From the NCBI RefSeq assembly GCF_006345805.1, contig NC_043012.1:28644001-28708000 (forward strand): a DNA stretch of 64,000 nt. Direction: 5' to 3'. This stretch comes from Octopus sinensis (Eukaryota). Position numbers and translations under genes: made by a program. Positions 12,600-26,467 of the stretch are shown one piece after another (within the stretch, counting starts at the first letter, position 1; every line of letters starts with the position of its first letter). The notes under the pieces are model-generated. The model saw only the letters and a list, made by a program, of their open reading frames with translations. It had not been told where the DNA came from and ran no database searches.

Positions 12600-15072
12600 T
12601 AGACATAACTTACACTTGCCGATGTTTGCATTGTATGGGGGAGCTTCGCTTACTATGGGCCAGGATAGAGTGTATGAAATATTTTGAGATTTTATGTTGT
12701 GTATATACGTTGCTAAGGAGACTGATAATATAGAATTTGGATTGGAGGAAGAATTCCTGTGTGAACGGTAGTGGCGCTTGAAATCTACGGTGCCACCGAT
12801 ATATACCCTTGCTTGGTGGGAGTGTTGTTTTATAACACGGCACTTGTAGATTACATTTTTGCGTAGGCAGGAGCCTCCAAGTGGGCATAGTTGGGAAACC
12901 TGACAATTGCAAGTTTTCCTACCTGCTCGATGGTTGGGATTTACTGCTAGTGAGGTTGAGCTCCGTTAGTTCATTGTTACTGGGGGAGAACCTGAAGTGA
13001 AATTTGTATTTGTATTGGATTGTGAGGTGATATTGCAGCTAGTATTTGTTGTTGCGTCGGTAGGATCGTGGGATGATGGTTTGAGTCTGGTATTATTTAA
13101 TTGAGGGGGGTTACTAAGGGTTGTGTTATTGCTACTATGTGGGCTAATTTGGGATACAGTATGAGATTTTAGTTATTCTGAGGATTGGTATTGGAATTCG
13201 CAATTGCTCGAGGAGGTGATTATGGATCCTAAACTACGTGTGCTGGAGTAGAAGATTTTCGCGGATGATTTGTTAAAGATGGCATAGTATTTATGCTGTG
13301 GTGGAAAATTAAATTTTAGGATTTTGAAGTAGAGTTTAGGTAGAGATTTAATTTGGAGAGAGAAAGGTGGTGCGACCCATTAGATTTCTCTCTTCCTGAC
13401 CTTAGAATGTTTAGAATGTGTGGTTGTAGTAAGTTTATCAGGAGGGGGTGCTTGTAGTTGTTATAGGCTAGGGGGCGACCAGTGGGGTAGCCAAATGCGA
13501 TGTGTAGGGGTTTTTTTTAGAGTTGTTGGGTTACTGTAGAGTGGAAATAGTATTAGTAGATTCAGGGTTAGTATTAGGAAAGAAATGTGTTATTTTAGTT
13601 TTAATCTTAGTATTGGGGATACAATAGATTTTTTTCGCTGAAGCCACTTATTTGGAGGGTCTGATTATAATAAGGGGCGTGAGTGTTAAAAATTTCTACG
13701 TTAACAGGTAAGTTAGAGATTCTGATAGATATGACTATGACAACGCTCTTAAGGATAAATTTAGGGTGATTAGAGAGGACATTTATATATTGTAAAGATT
13801 GGTTGGGTTTATGGAAACAGTGATATAGATGTGTGTTTAAGTCGAGAATAACATCTAAGGAATTTGCCACCTTAGTGTCAATTTCGAATTAAATACTCAG
13901 GTTATGATTTTTAAAAAACTGTGTAGGGCTTTCTTGGTGCATTCCACTGATGATCGAGATAATCCAATCGCTGAAAGGAGTGCATCATTCCTGTATAGTC
14001 TACCGGAGAGGTTGGAGAAGTATTGTTTAATTTGAGAGAGAAGGAATAGGCCAACTAGGTCAGTAACCTGGGCTGAGTCCGATACGCTTATGGTTACATT
14101 GAAGAAATCCGTAGATGAGTTGCAGGTCCAATTATTATCCTTAAAGTGAATTAGAGTCTTCATCGCAGCCAGGATGATATTGATGTCAGATCGGGAGATG
14201 GGAATATATTTTCGGGTGAACATTAGGGCTTTATTTAAGAAGATTGGTGGTATTGATGAACAATAATTTGGGATGTCAAATTGATGAAAATGGATATGTT
14301 GTTTATCATGAAGAGAGTGAAACCAAGTGATAACGTCTCCTGTGAAATTCCAGAGCGGAAGCTTAACGTTAATCCTAACAAGTGGTAGAATACGGTCAAT
14401 AATACATTTACTAATTCGATCTAAGTTGGATCTAGAGGAGCAGATTAGTCTAATGGAAGGCTTAGTGTAGAGATGAGTCTAATGGAAGTCTTAGAGTAGA
14501 GGCGAATCTAATGTAAGGCTTAGAGTAGAAGTTGAGTTTGTAGTCCTTTAGGGTAAAGTGGGGGAATATGGTTCAGTTCTGGTTAGTAAATTTAAATCGG
14601 CGATAAGCTTACACTGGATGTTGTTAATCTCATTAAGGGCATTTTTATGTGTATGTTTTTAATTTGTGTTTAGTTCCTTTGATATGAAGTTAGTATACGT
14701 TTCCAAGGGAAGGGCGTAAAGATTGCCGGTTTTGTCAGAAGAGAGTGCAGGTGTAGTGAAGTCCTTATTTTAGATGTAATTTTGGATAGTAATTTTTGGA
14801 AGAAATTAGTATAATTAGAGAATTACTATAATTAGATCTTTCACAAAATTAGCCAATGCAGGGTTTGGGGGTGAGCTGTTGTGGGACTTTAGGTTGTAAG
14901 TGTCCTTTGCATTAGAATGTGCAGGATAGTTAGATTTTAGGTTATAGTGTAGGGCTTTCCACCTCATTCGAGTGATAAAATTATTAATCTTCTGTAGTAA
15001 TAGTTCCATATTTAGCTCCCTTGGTGGGATTGGAATATTTTTTGTAGGTATACCCCAAAATTGCTTAGCCAT
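12600..15072 (-). mobile_element. Near full-length decayed Penelope-like element (RT + GIY-YIG endonuclease), possibly Naiad-type
   Basis: KNIPIP...FITRMRWKAL; FNVTISVSDSAQVTDLVGL...LYRNDAL (RT); LDVILDL...KPNQSLQYINVLSNHP; FPPQHKYYAIFNK; TCNCQVSQLCPLGGSC...VIYKCRV...VYIGGT...CK (EN). Confidence 0.85.
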
Positions 15073-15122
15073 AAGTGTTATCTATAAGTAATGCTCGACC
15101 GAGCAAAAGATATATAGTTTAT

Positions 15123-15910
15123 AGACGAGAAACAGATGTTCTCTGTATAGAATACACTTCATGGTGCTCAAAAGATTTAAACTTGAACTGGTAGAGGAGT
15201 AAATGTAAGAACAAGCAAGTTAGGCAAGTCAATATACAGAAAATATTAAATACACTTGATACAAAAAACGTACATATGTTTACATATAAAAATGTCCGGT
15301 TTACACAATAGAAATGATATCAGGAATTAAAGGGGTCGAATAAGAGTTTTACGAGTCCAACAGCTGTTTCTGGGGACTTGGTGGTCCAAAATAATGATTG
15401 TAAAATGATTCCATCATCAGATAATACCAGCCTCCGTCTTCAGGGAGGTATTTTACATTTGGGGTGTTGACAGAAAGATTAAAGACGGAATGATTTTGTG
15501 GAGAACTAATTCTTCCTTCTAATACACTTAGTTCTCCACAAAATCATTCCATCTTTAATCTCCTTTCTGTCAACATCTAAAATGTAAAATTCCTCCCTGA
15601 AGACGGTGGCTGATATATCCGATGACGGAATCATTTTACAATCATTATCTTGTATCACCAAGTTCCCAGAAACAGCTGTTGGACTCGTAAAACTCTTATT
15701 CAACCTCTTTAAATCTTGATATCATTTCTATTCTGTGTAAGTCGGACCTTTTTATATGTAAACATATGTACATATTAATGTATTTAATACTTTCTTTATA
15801 TTGACTTGCCTAACTTGCTTTTCCTTACATTTACTCCTCTACCTGCTCAAATTTAAATCTCTTGAGCACTACGAAGTGTATTCTATACGTAGAATATCTG
15901 TCTCTCATCT
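15123..15910. repeat. ~385-bp inverted duplication (15123-15509 vs 15528-15910), likely inverted pLTRs of the adjacent PLE
   Basis: Arms are reverse complements at roughly 85% identity (by eye) and directly adjoin the PLE start codon. Confidence 0.8.
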
Positions 15911-15935
15911 CTCTCTTTCTTTCTCTCTCTCTCTC

Positions 15936-15997
<62 letters not shown>

Positions 15998-16760
15998 CTA
16001 GATGTACCCACCGTGACCCGTTGGGTCACAACCACTCCAAGTTGAAAATGTGGATGTGCAGCAGGAAAGGAAAAAAATACTGTTTTAAGCTTCAAGTAAT
16101 AAAATTCTTAAATAATACAGTTCTCCTGCCTTAGTAGGACAACATAAACACAACCAAGTGTTTCTTTGAAAACATTCAAATGTCCTTCAACTTTTTTCCT
16201 TGCTTTCTTCTTTCCCAACCTTGGTTACTACTGTTCTAGTTGAAATATATGGGTACTTCAGCATAAAGTAATGTTTTTGCTAAGTCATCACTGATGCACA
16301 GTGAAAAGAATTCTGTCAATGTTGTTCTCTTATGTTGTTCATTGACAGCCATACATATCCTCATAATTTCTGAGCAATATTCTTTGTTCACCTGGTAGAT
16401 GAACTTGCAGTCTCATTATTGCGGGTGTTCTTTCATGAATTGAAAACCCTAAAATGGATGCAGCGGCTTCAGATGGTCCAATATACCTACCCATTAGTTA
16501 TTGACTAATTTCGTTATCATTGTTTATTTGAACAGTAGCTTGATCCTTTCCTTTCAGCATGTACTTGACGACGCACATAGCTGACCTCACTGAGGTAACG
16601 AATTCAACGTCGCAGATGCATTTGAATGCTCTTAAAAGAGTTTTAGTATAAGGTACAAACCATTTGTTGTTTGTTTTTCCATTCTTACGAAATTCAATTC
16701 CTCCTATTGCAGCTGATCTTCGTCTATAAAGAGATGTCCCTTAACTGTTTTTTCTACTTT
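15998..16760 (-). mobile_element. Helitron remnant: Rep fragment plus 3' terminus
   Basis: Minus peptides DVEFVTSVRSAMCVVKYMLKGKDQA, YIGPSEAAASILGFSIHERTPAIMRLQVHLPGEQ and TTLTEFF...KTLLYAEVP. 3' hairpin GTGACCC-aac-GGGTCAC (16029-16013), then CTAG (16001-15998) followed by T. Confidence 0.8.
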
Positions 16761-17023
16761 TTGATTAAGATGATAAAAACTAATATTTTATTTCAAATAA
16801 AACAGTAATTTTCCCCTTTAGGAAAGAAATCAAGTACCCGTGATTCAAAAAGTATCTCATAAAAATATAGGCCGAATTTCTCCTTCAGCCCACGGCATTC
16901 GAAAGTTGTATAAAAGATCAATGGAAGAAAAAAGACAGTAGGAAAAAGGACTTTTTGACGCATCAACATTTTCAGGAAAGCAAACTTTGAGTTTAATATA
17001 ATATATATATATATATATCATAT

Positions 17024-17080
<57 letters not shown>

Positions 17081-17259
17081 CACACACATAAATTTGAATG
17101 TTTACACACATGTTGATTTACATATATATTGTTTGTATAGGTGTATTTGCTTTAGTGTGTAGATATATATTTATTTGTATATACACACACAACAAACGTG
17201 CACAAACACACACACACGCACACACACACAAACGCATACACTCACACGCGCGCATGCTG

Positions 17260-17312
<53 letters not shown>

Positions 17313-18033
17313 AAGTGCTAATTCTGTTTAGGAACATTGGCACACAAGGCACATTACACATAGCAAGTAAACATTTCATTGAAGCTTAAAAATGAAAAGA
17401 GTCTTCAAAAACTGTTACTCCGAGCATCAGGTGACCTGTCGTCAGGCAGTGGCGAGCATTCAGGATCCTGAACCTTGATTCTGAATGTTTGCGTATGCCT
17501 TTACTATTATTTGTTTTTCTCGTATGTGTGCATACATGTACTTGTATGTATTAATCTGTGTGTGTGTATATATATACATATGTGTGTAGATATATATGTA
17601 TATATATACACACATGTATGTATATATGTATATATACATGTATGTATGAATGTATGCATGTGTGTATGTATGTGCGTGTGTGTGTGTGATTGTGTATGTG
17701 TGTGCGTATGTATGTAAGTGTGTCTGTCTATATACGTATATATTCAGTTTTTAATAATTTCATATTTTTCTCATTCTCGATGTTTCTCTCTCTCAGTAAT
17801 TGTATCAGACCAGTAACAGTGTTCAGATGAACAGAACACATCGCCCCCCCCCCACCCTGATGAGCTGGGAAAACGTGGCGTTTGAATTAATTTAATTGAA
17901 ATTTTATGAATATAGTAATTAGGTGACAACTGTTGAACACAGTTAAAGTGAAACATTTTTTGAAGGGTTTTTGCTTTTCTTCCTCTATTTTTGTATACGT
18001 ATGCATGAATGTCTGTATATATGTATGTGCATA

Positions 18034-18567
<534 letters not shown>

Positions 18568-18866
18568 ATATATATATACATACATACATACATACATAGA
18601 AAACATCACTTTGCGATACCAGTGTAAAAGATATCCCATGCATCATCAAACGTCTACATGTTAATACCTACTCCTTTGGCTGCTATTTCTAAAATTTTCG
18701 ATATGTGGTCAAGCAACTTGTTGCAAAACCCTTATTGTTATAATTATATAAGTTTTTACCGAATATGGTCCTTTTCTATACCGAAATACTACAAGGTGAA
18801 ATTTGTTGATTTTATTAAAAAAATTATCTTTCACCCTATATCTGTAATATATATATATATATATAT

Positions 18867-18908
<42 letters not shown>

Positions 18909-18917
18909 ATATATATA

Positions 18918-18996
<79 letters not shown>

Positions 18997-19020
18997 CACA
19001 TACAAATGCCACGCTCTGGG

Positions 19021-19230
19021 AGGAGGCGCGTGGCTTAACAGTTTAGGGTGTTCGACTAATGATCGTAAGACTGTTTTTGATTCCTGGACCGGACGACGCG
19101 TTGTGTTCTTGAGCAAAAAACTTCATTTCATTTTCCTCACAGCTGTTAAAAATGAGTAATCCTGCGACAGTCCGGCGTCCCGTCAAGATGAGGAACATAT
19201 ACGCCACAGAAACCGGCAAACGAGCCCTTA
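19021..19230 (+). mobile_element. tRNA-head SINE of a different family (V-domain-like)
   Basis: gaggcgcgtggctta...gttgtgttcttgagcaa...aatgagtaatcctgcgacagtccggcgtcccgtcaag resembles the V-SINE central motif ctgcgatggactggcgtcccgtcc. Confidence 0.55.
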
Positions 19231-19289
19231 TTAGTCTATTAGCAGAGATACCAGCCTCTCTCGGCATTAAAGTGGCATAGTATTTTTAT

Positions 19290-19480
19290 TGTTTTAATTG
19301 TTTCAGTCATGTAACTGCGGCCATGCTGGAGCACCGCCTTTGATCGAAAAAATCGAACACAGGATTTATTCTTTGTTAGCCTAGTACTTTTTCTATCAGT
19401 GTCTTTTTACGTTATGGGAACGTAAACACAGCAACGTCGTTTGTCAAGCAATGGTGGGGTACAAACGCAGACACAGATAC
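19290..19480 (-). mobile_element. SINE tail fragment (same family as 18133)
   Basis: ttgtttcagtcatgtaactgcggccatgctggagcaccgcc...gttt gtcaagcaatgg. Confidence 0.8.
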
Positions 19481-19529
19481 ACACACACACAAATATACAT
19501 ATATATACAACAGTCTTATTCCTACATAC

Positions 19530-19560
<31 letters not shown>

Positions 19561-20140
19561 ATATATATATATATATATACAAATTAGTAAATAAATGGCA
19601 CAACTAAGTACCGATATTTACTGGAAATAGCGAACGTAAAAATACGACGCTAATGTGTAGCTTCACCGCGTATGTATTAGCAAAAATGCGTGTGTGCAAC
19701 AAATTAGAGAAAAAAAACCGTCTTACCTCCAGGGAGAACATCTGAAAGATGAAACACCCGGAAAAGGATAATGTGGTACCTGCAGGTTTCAGGTTTTACA
19801 AGATATGTCTCTCACCCATATTTTGTTTTACCTTCGTCAGCCAAACATATACCAAGACGAAATCTACGATGTTACCACATTAATACTAACATACTCGACT
19901 GAAATGCGGAACGCTAACAGTACGAGAAACGGTGAAGAAGTTTCAAAATATCAGTAATGCAATACAGAGTATTGCCTTATATATATTACCATATATATAT
20001 ATATATATAAATGTATGTATGCACACACACATAAATATACATTCATAATATATATATACATACATATGAATACACACATATACACACATACATACATACA
20101 TACATACATACATACATACATACATACATGCATGCATACA

Positions 20141-20231
<91 letters not shown>

Positions 20232-20329
20232 AGGAAATTGAAATTGAAATCATATAATAGTGAAAGTATTAATAGAGATGTTATTGTTTCACTTTCGAAA
20301 CGTAATACAGAAACAGTGTAGGAGATTAG

Positions 20330-20507
20330 AGATTGCTCAGGGCTTGCATTAGGCATGACGTTGAAAATTCTTTTGGCCTAAGACACTGCATGGACCCTAA
20401 GTAAAGCATGTATAAAGTTTGAATGAAATTGTTTGGGTAGTTCTCGAGTTTTAGTGATGCACACAAACAAACAAACAGACACACATTCTCAGTTTTATAT
20501 ATATAGA
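20330..20507 (-). mobile_element. Helitron (non-autonomous type) 5' end
   Basis: Minus strand a|TCTATATATATAAAACTGAGAATGTGTGTCTGTTTGTTTG: 5'-TC start after A, typical of animal Helitron 5' termini. Confidence 0.65.
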
Positions 20508-21247
20508 TAGATATCACTCGGGAAGAATCTTTATTGTTTTATCCTATATAATTAACTAAACATGATAAACTCATTTTCGCCACAGAGAAATATGTCACTC
20601 GATCCATGGAGTGTCATTAAATATAACAGAATCTTCAACTCCGAACGAAGCAGCAGAGATTTTACGAAATTTTTAAAACACTTTTACAAACTATGCCAAA
20701 CAAACAACACTGATAGCAGCAACAACTTTAGAAACAGTAATAGAGCAGAATTGATTTAAGAAATTAACGCTTTGCCCATAAAATTTTAAGGTTATAAATA
20801 TAACACAAAGAACACGAAAATTCTGTAGAGTACAAACAGTATTAAAAACAACATTTATGGAACGAATAGGTTTTATCATGTGCACATTCTTATTATCAGG
20901 ACACCTACTTATTACCTGGGCACAACAGATCCATCATTTCAAATTCTACTCGATTCAGACAAAACAAACACTTTTATAACGGAAAATTATTATAATACAC
21001 TTAAAAACTAGCACTGAAATAAATAGTACTCCCAAACTATTATGGAACGGCAATTATTAAATTCTCTTTGGGAAATAATACCATGAGTGTAAAAGATTTA
21101 AAAAAAATATTCACAGATTTGTCAATAACATGTCAGAATTTTTTAAATATATTTCATGGAAGGTATACTACGTAATCGTCGTAGTACACACTATTAAGGA
21201 CAAGGGGTGGGGATATAGATCTAATTATATATTTAAATGAATCCTAA

Positions 21248-21293
21248 ATGGCACATTTTTCATAGAATGGGAATTCTATGAAAAATGTGCCAT
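21248..21293. repeat. Perfect 21-bp inverted repeat with 4-nt loop
   Basis: ATGGCACATTTTTCATAGAAT-ggga-ATTCTATGAAAAATGTGCCAT. Confidence 0.95.
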
Positions 21294-21959
21294 AATCATG
21301 CCAAAAATTGAACGATATAGATATTTGAACTATCTTAACATTTGTCTTTGTACTTTGTTTACATGTATTTGGTAAACAGAGTTTTTCGTAACCAAGTCTA
21401 ATTGCATCAACAATAGCTCTACCAGTCTACCTTGACCCATATACATTACAGGAAGACTTCATCTCTAAGAAGGATGCTTTAATTTCAAAGACTCTCGGGG
21501 ATAAGCTATTTAAATTTGCATGGTGATCTCAATACGATAAAGATATGCTTGTCCAGACGTTTGAAGAGATGTATAGTTATCATGAACGATTTGTAACAGA
21601 CGGTGTGATAAAACTTACGATACAGTACTTAATAACTGTTTATCTCTATAGTAATATCACAAGACACCAATGGTTGTAAAGAATCTTTTGTTAGCCTCAT
21701 CGATCCCACTAAACATTGAGGATAATGAATATGAGTAAAAATAGTTGAGCATGGTTAAACAATTCAATATTTTGACGTTGCATTCTGCCATGGGTTACGA
21801 TTCTCTGTGTCTTACAACCAACTAAACACTAAACAAGCGAAGAATAACAAACTTGCTCTCAGCTTTCCGACAGTCTCAGGTGAAGAGTTATATTTGGTAC
21901 TATCGTGGCTAAGTATCAGCGTGGGATACTCTTTCGTCAAAACGATGGTTCAGCGGAAA

Positions 21960-22440
21960 AGCCATAGCAATCTATGTGTGCCATAGTTGCATACATCTGT
22001 CACATCCAACAATAGTCGATACAGTTTCCTTGACTGCCATAATAAGCTATACGTGCCATATTTTCAGAAACCATCCCCAAATTGTTAATACCTGTCGTAA
22101 TAACTAAAATATTGCATAGTTACCAATATTTATCAGTTTTCAATAAACACCATACTTAAATAATGTAGGGCATAGCTCATCAACGACTACTTTAAAGTCT
22201 ACCTACTTACAATGGTTACCATTATCTGCTATAGCTACCAATAGCTGTCATAGTTCCCTATGTCCGCATAGTCACGGGCCATAGTTACGAAGACGTTTAA
22301 TGTAGTCACCACTATCTGCTACACTTATCGTTGTATGACAGCTAGAATACGTCATAGTTAAAAGTGCCTTAGTTATATTACCAGCCATGTTCATCAGTAA
22401 CTATCGTACCTATATCTGCAATAGTTACCAATGTTTGATT
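21960..22440. repeat. Highly degenerate short-period tandem repeat (catagttaccaat-like motif)
   Basis: Recurrent ccatag(t/c)t(a/g)c motifs. Confidence 0.5.
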
Positions 22441-23024
22441 GAAAAAACAAAACCCCTGGAGTTTGAAAAAAATTTAAGATGGTCTTCATTAGAATGTCTG
22501 CCAGTTCGTTTTACTTAATGGATTTTTTTCGAGGTTATTATTAGAAAATACAAATATTTATAATAACTGCAGCATTTCCCTGAAGTTATCCTAAACATAT
22601 AATAAAACACAGTAAAATATACTTTCTTAGACTCTGTGAAAGAAACAAACATTTGTTCTTTAGAGGAAACCTCAGTTAAACAACAAAACCTCATCTTATC
22701 TCCTCCAAACCCCCAAATTTATATTATAATAGTTAAGCATTTGATCGCTAATCTCTTGATCAGGTTCCTCGAGTCCAACCACATTCCAACTCGAGCACCT
22801 GCCTTAGACTTCGTTCTGTAAGTGCATCCACATGAAATGAATAAAGCATGATATTCCAAGGGAGCACCCCGGTTATATGGTATATTACATTGATGGTAAT
22901 TAGTTTTACGTGAAATCACTCGTAAAACTATTCCATGTGCAGCAATAGAGTCACTAATCGCAAATAATTTACGACGCAAACGTCCAAAGACGACGTCCGT
23001 AACAAAGACAATTACGATAACCAC

Positions 23025-23185
23025 GTCGTCGTCGTCATCATCATCATCATCGTCATCATCATCATCATCATCATCAACAACAACAGCAACAACAACAACA
23101 AAAATAACAACAACAACACCAACAACAGCAACAAGGACAATAACAGCGGCAAAAGCTATAGCAGCAGCAACAACAGCAACACCGA
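23025..23185. repeat. (CAT)/(CAA)/(CAG) microsatellite
   Basis: Direct reading. Confidence 0.9.
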
Positions 23186-23572
23186 TGTCAGTAATAAAAA
23201 CAACAATTTCATTCCATAGCTGATTCTTGTCTTTCGTGTTGTTGATCCAGATGTGCTGCTCATTCTTGTTGTCTCAGAAATGGTATCACAACTTGCCCCC
23301 GTCTTTTCCCCCTCAAGCTTCATAAACTATTGGGGTCGGACATAAAAAGAAAAAGCTGATGGTTGTCCTCCACTACAGCATCATCATCCGGAACGAACAC
23401 TGTCATAAATCCATCAGTAATTCTGCATATCTTAATACAATATACACCTATAAAGTCATATATATGTCTACAAAAACAGAAAAGCCTAGGCTCATACGCG
23501 CAATAATACATGTTTCTCGCTGACTTGCCACACACAGACACAGACAGACAGACAGACAGACACACACATATG

Positions 23573-23610
<38 letters not shown>

Positions 23611-23779
23611 TATATAAGGAATAAATATTCAAAAGTGAATATTTATATAGATATTATTGTTATTGTCATCTGCGGTAAATATAAATAAGGGATAATGATA
23701 ACAACAATAATATAGGTGGTTGGAGGCATTAAATAGTGTTAGATAGCTATAGAATTAAAATTTATATTATCACTTGGTC

Positions 23780-23880
23780 GACATCAGGTTACAGTAGGAG
23801 ACACCTGCCCAAGATGCTACGTAGTGGAACTGAACTCGGAACCATGTGGCTGGAAAACAAGTTTCTTATCCCACAACCAT
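23780..23880 (-). mobile_element. SINE head fragment
   Basis: gacacctgcccaagatgctacgtagtggaactgaactcggaaccatgtggctgg. Confidence 0.7.
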
Positions 23881-24269
23881 ATATGTATAGATATATATAT
23901 ATTCAGGGTCATTTCATTGTGTTGATCCGTTAAACCCTACACATGTTTTTCACTCTCCATTTTTACCCTTCTCAATCCTTTCTGTCGAACAGCGTAGACT
24001 CGAAACAGCCAAGACTTTCTCATTCTACCCAATCGCCAAACAAATACATCTACTTGTTTCCTCACCTGTCTTCAGCTTTTGTTTTTTTGTTTTCTGTAAC
24101 ATCGAACTCTATATATAGATGTGAGTGTATATATATATATGTGTGTGTGTGTGTATGTGTATGTGTGTATGTATGTATATATATATATGTATGTATATGT
24201 ATGTATATATATATGTATGAATGTATGTATGTATGCATGTATGTGTGTGTGTGTGTGTGTGTGTGTATA

Positions 24270-25116
24270 CAGGGTGTCCCAAAAAGTTTGATATCATTTG
24301 TGATGTCCATACCGGAGTGACTACATGGTCAACAGAAATTAAACTTAATAGGCTTAATTTTGAATATAACAAGTTTTATTCCACAGATTTCCAACGAAAG
24401 CTTTTGTGAGATAATAATTTTATAATGTTCCAAAGTTATCACGGTTCTTGAGATGGCGCAGAACACATTCACTTGTGGTGAGTCCTTTTCGTGTCATGTG
24501 AATTTTCTTCGCCTTAAATCCGAACATTCTGCTTCTTCACTTTGCAATTCGTATGGAATGTGGCCTCGTCGTTGAAAACAAGACGGTTTTCAAAGTCGTC
24601 ATCTTCAAGTTTTTCTTGTATATCTTCACAGAAAGTTTTACGCTTTTGCTTGTCAACCGGTTTTAAAGCTAACACAAGCTGAAGCATGTAGGGTTTCAGC
24701 TGCAAGTGTTTCTTATGACACGTCAAACAGTTTCTAGGTTTGATCTTCGCACAGATTTCTTTGGACTCCGAATAAGCGTTTCCCGCAGGTGGTTCACCAT
24801 CTCTTCTGAAACTACTGGCCATCAAGATCCTTTTTTCCGACACAAATAACCTTCCTCTTGAAACTTCTCATGCTACGACCGAATCTGCTTCCCTGTTGGC
24901 GCTTGTCTAGGAAATCTTCTAACAAATACATGCTGCACATTCATATTTAACTGAGTTTGGGCGTACTTCAATACACAAAACGCCTTTTCTTTTACAGTAA
25001 ACATTCAAAAGAATGTATTGAATTCTGGACATGCTGCTAAAATTTCAGACAATTTGGACGACAATTGGTCACTTTATTTGGTGATGAAAAGATGTCAAAT
25101 TTGGGGGGAGACCCTC
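24270..25116 (-). mobile_element. Internally deleted Tc1/mariner-superfamily transposon (DD37D/maT-like)
   Basis: Imperfect TIRs cagggtgtcccaaaaagtttgatatc / gatgtcaaatttggggggagaccctc with flanking TA. Peptides KEKAFCVLKYAQ and LQLKPYMLQLVLALKPVDKQKRKTFC...LVFNDEATFH...QNVRI. Confidence 0.85.
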
Positions 25117-25138
25117 TATATGTATAAATACATATATA

Positions 25139-25517
25139 CTCTTTTACTCTTTTACTTGTTTCAGTCATTTGACTGTGGCCATGCTGGAGCATCGCCTTTA
25201 GTCGAGCAAATCGACCCCGGGACTTATTCTTTGTAAGCTCAGTACTTATTCTATCGGTCTCTTTTGCCGAACCGTTAAGTGACGGGGATGTAAACACCAG
25301 CATCGGTTGTCAAGCAATGCTAGGGGGACAAACACACTCACACAAACACACACACACATACATAAATATATATACATATATACGACGGGCTTCTTTCAGT
25401 TTCCGTCTACCGAATCCACTCACAAGGCTTTGGTCGGCCCGAGGCTATAGTAGAAGACACTTGCCCAAGGTGTCACGTCTTCTACTATAGCCTCGGGCCG
25501 ACCAAAGCCTTGAGTGG
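25139..25517 (-). mobile_element. CORE-type SINE copy whose head is replaced by a fold-back inversion
   Basis: Tail and body match the 18133 copy; 25424-25458 is the reverse complement of 25477-25511. Confidence 0.85.
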
Positions 25518-25595
25518 GGGAAAGTAAAACTTCGTTCATAGAATATGCATATGCACACATGTACACATAAACATAGAAGTAGGCATACACACACA

Positions 25596-25682
<87 letters not shown>

Positions 25683-26239
25683 CATACATAGTCACACACG
25701 CGTGTACATATACATACAAACACATATATATTTATTCTATACATATGTAAACATACATACATACAATACACACATACACGCGCATACACACGTATATATA
25801 CCCATGCATGCATCATTATGTTCATATACACATCTCTATACGCACATGCACATACATACGCGGATAGACGTATGTACAAATAAAAGCACACACGCAAAAA
25901 TATAAACCGTAAAACATTCACATTTGCCGCAAAACTTGAATATACATGAGTTATATATGTATGTACACAAATATACCATTGTTCGCCATTAGACATGTTT
26001 CGTTACCTAATAGGAATGACAAAGTTGTACATATTAAACAAACATAACAGAAATTTCTTATTAGAAATTCTTTAGAGATAGAATCAAATAATACAAAATT
26101 TACATTTGGATGAAGTGTTTGTCTATATATTTAGTAAACGGGAGTAGTATATGTAGTTGTGAGAAAGAATTAATTATATATACATACGTAAATATAGATG
26201 TGCATATGTATACACATGTATACACGCGTATACACTCAC

Positions 26240-26360
26240 ACAATGCTTTGGTCTCACCGTGACTATACTAGAAAACACTTGCCCGAGGTTTAACGCTGTC
26301 GGATTGAACCCGGAACCATGTGGCTAGGAAGCAGACTTCTTACTACACAGCTATCACTGC
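26240..26360 (-). mobile_element. SINE head fragment
   Basis: gaaaacacttgcccgagg...gattgaacccggaaccatgtggctagg...tacttactacacagc-like sequence. Confidence 0.7.
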
Positions 26361-26467
26361 ACATATGTATGTATGTATGAATGTACGAATGCATGTATAT
26401 ATGTATACACGTATGTATGTATTATATATAGGATGAGAAAATAGAGTGGTAAATAAATACATTATAA

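Noticed and set aside
12830-12930. Selenocysteine (in-frame TGA) in the PLE endonuclease Cys motif, as reported for some Naiad PLEs
   Set aside because: The TCNC codons read TGC/TGT; no TGA at those positions.
23160-23330. Minus-strand acceptor followed by an ORF ending in a hydrophobic, GPI-signal-like tail
   Set aside because: The hydrophobic tail comes from a (TTG/CTG) microsatellite; no homology recognised.
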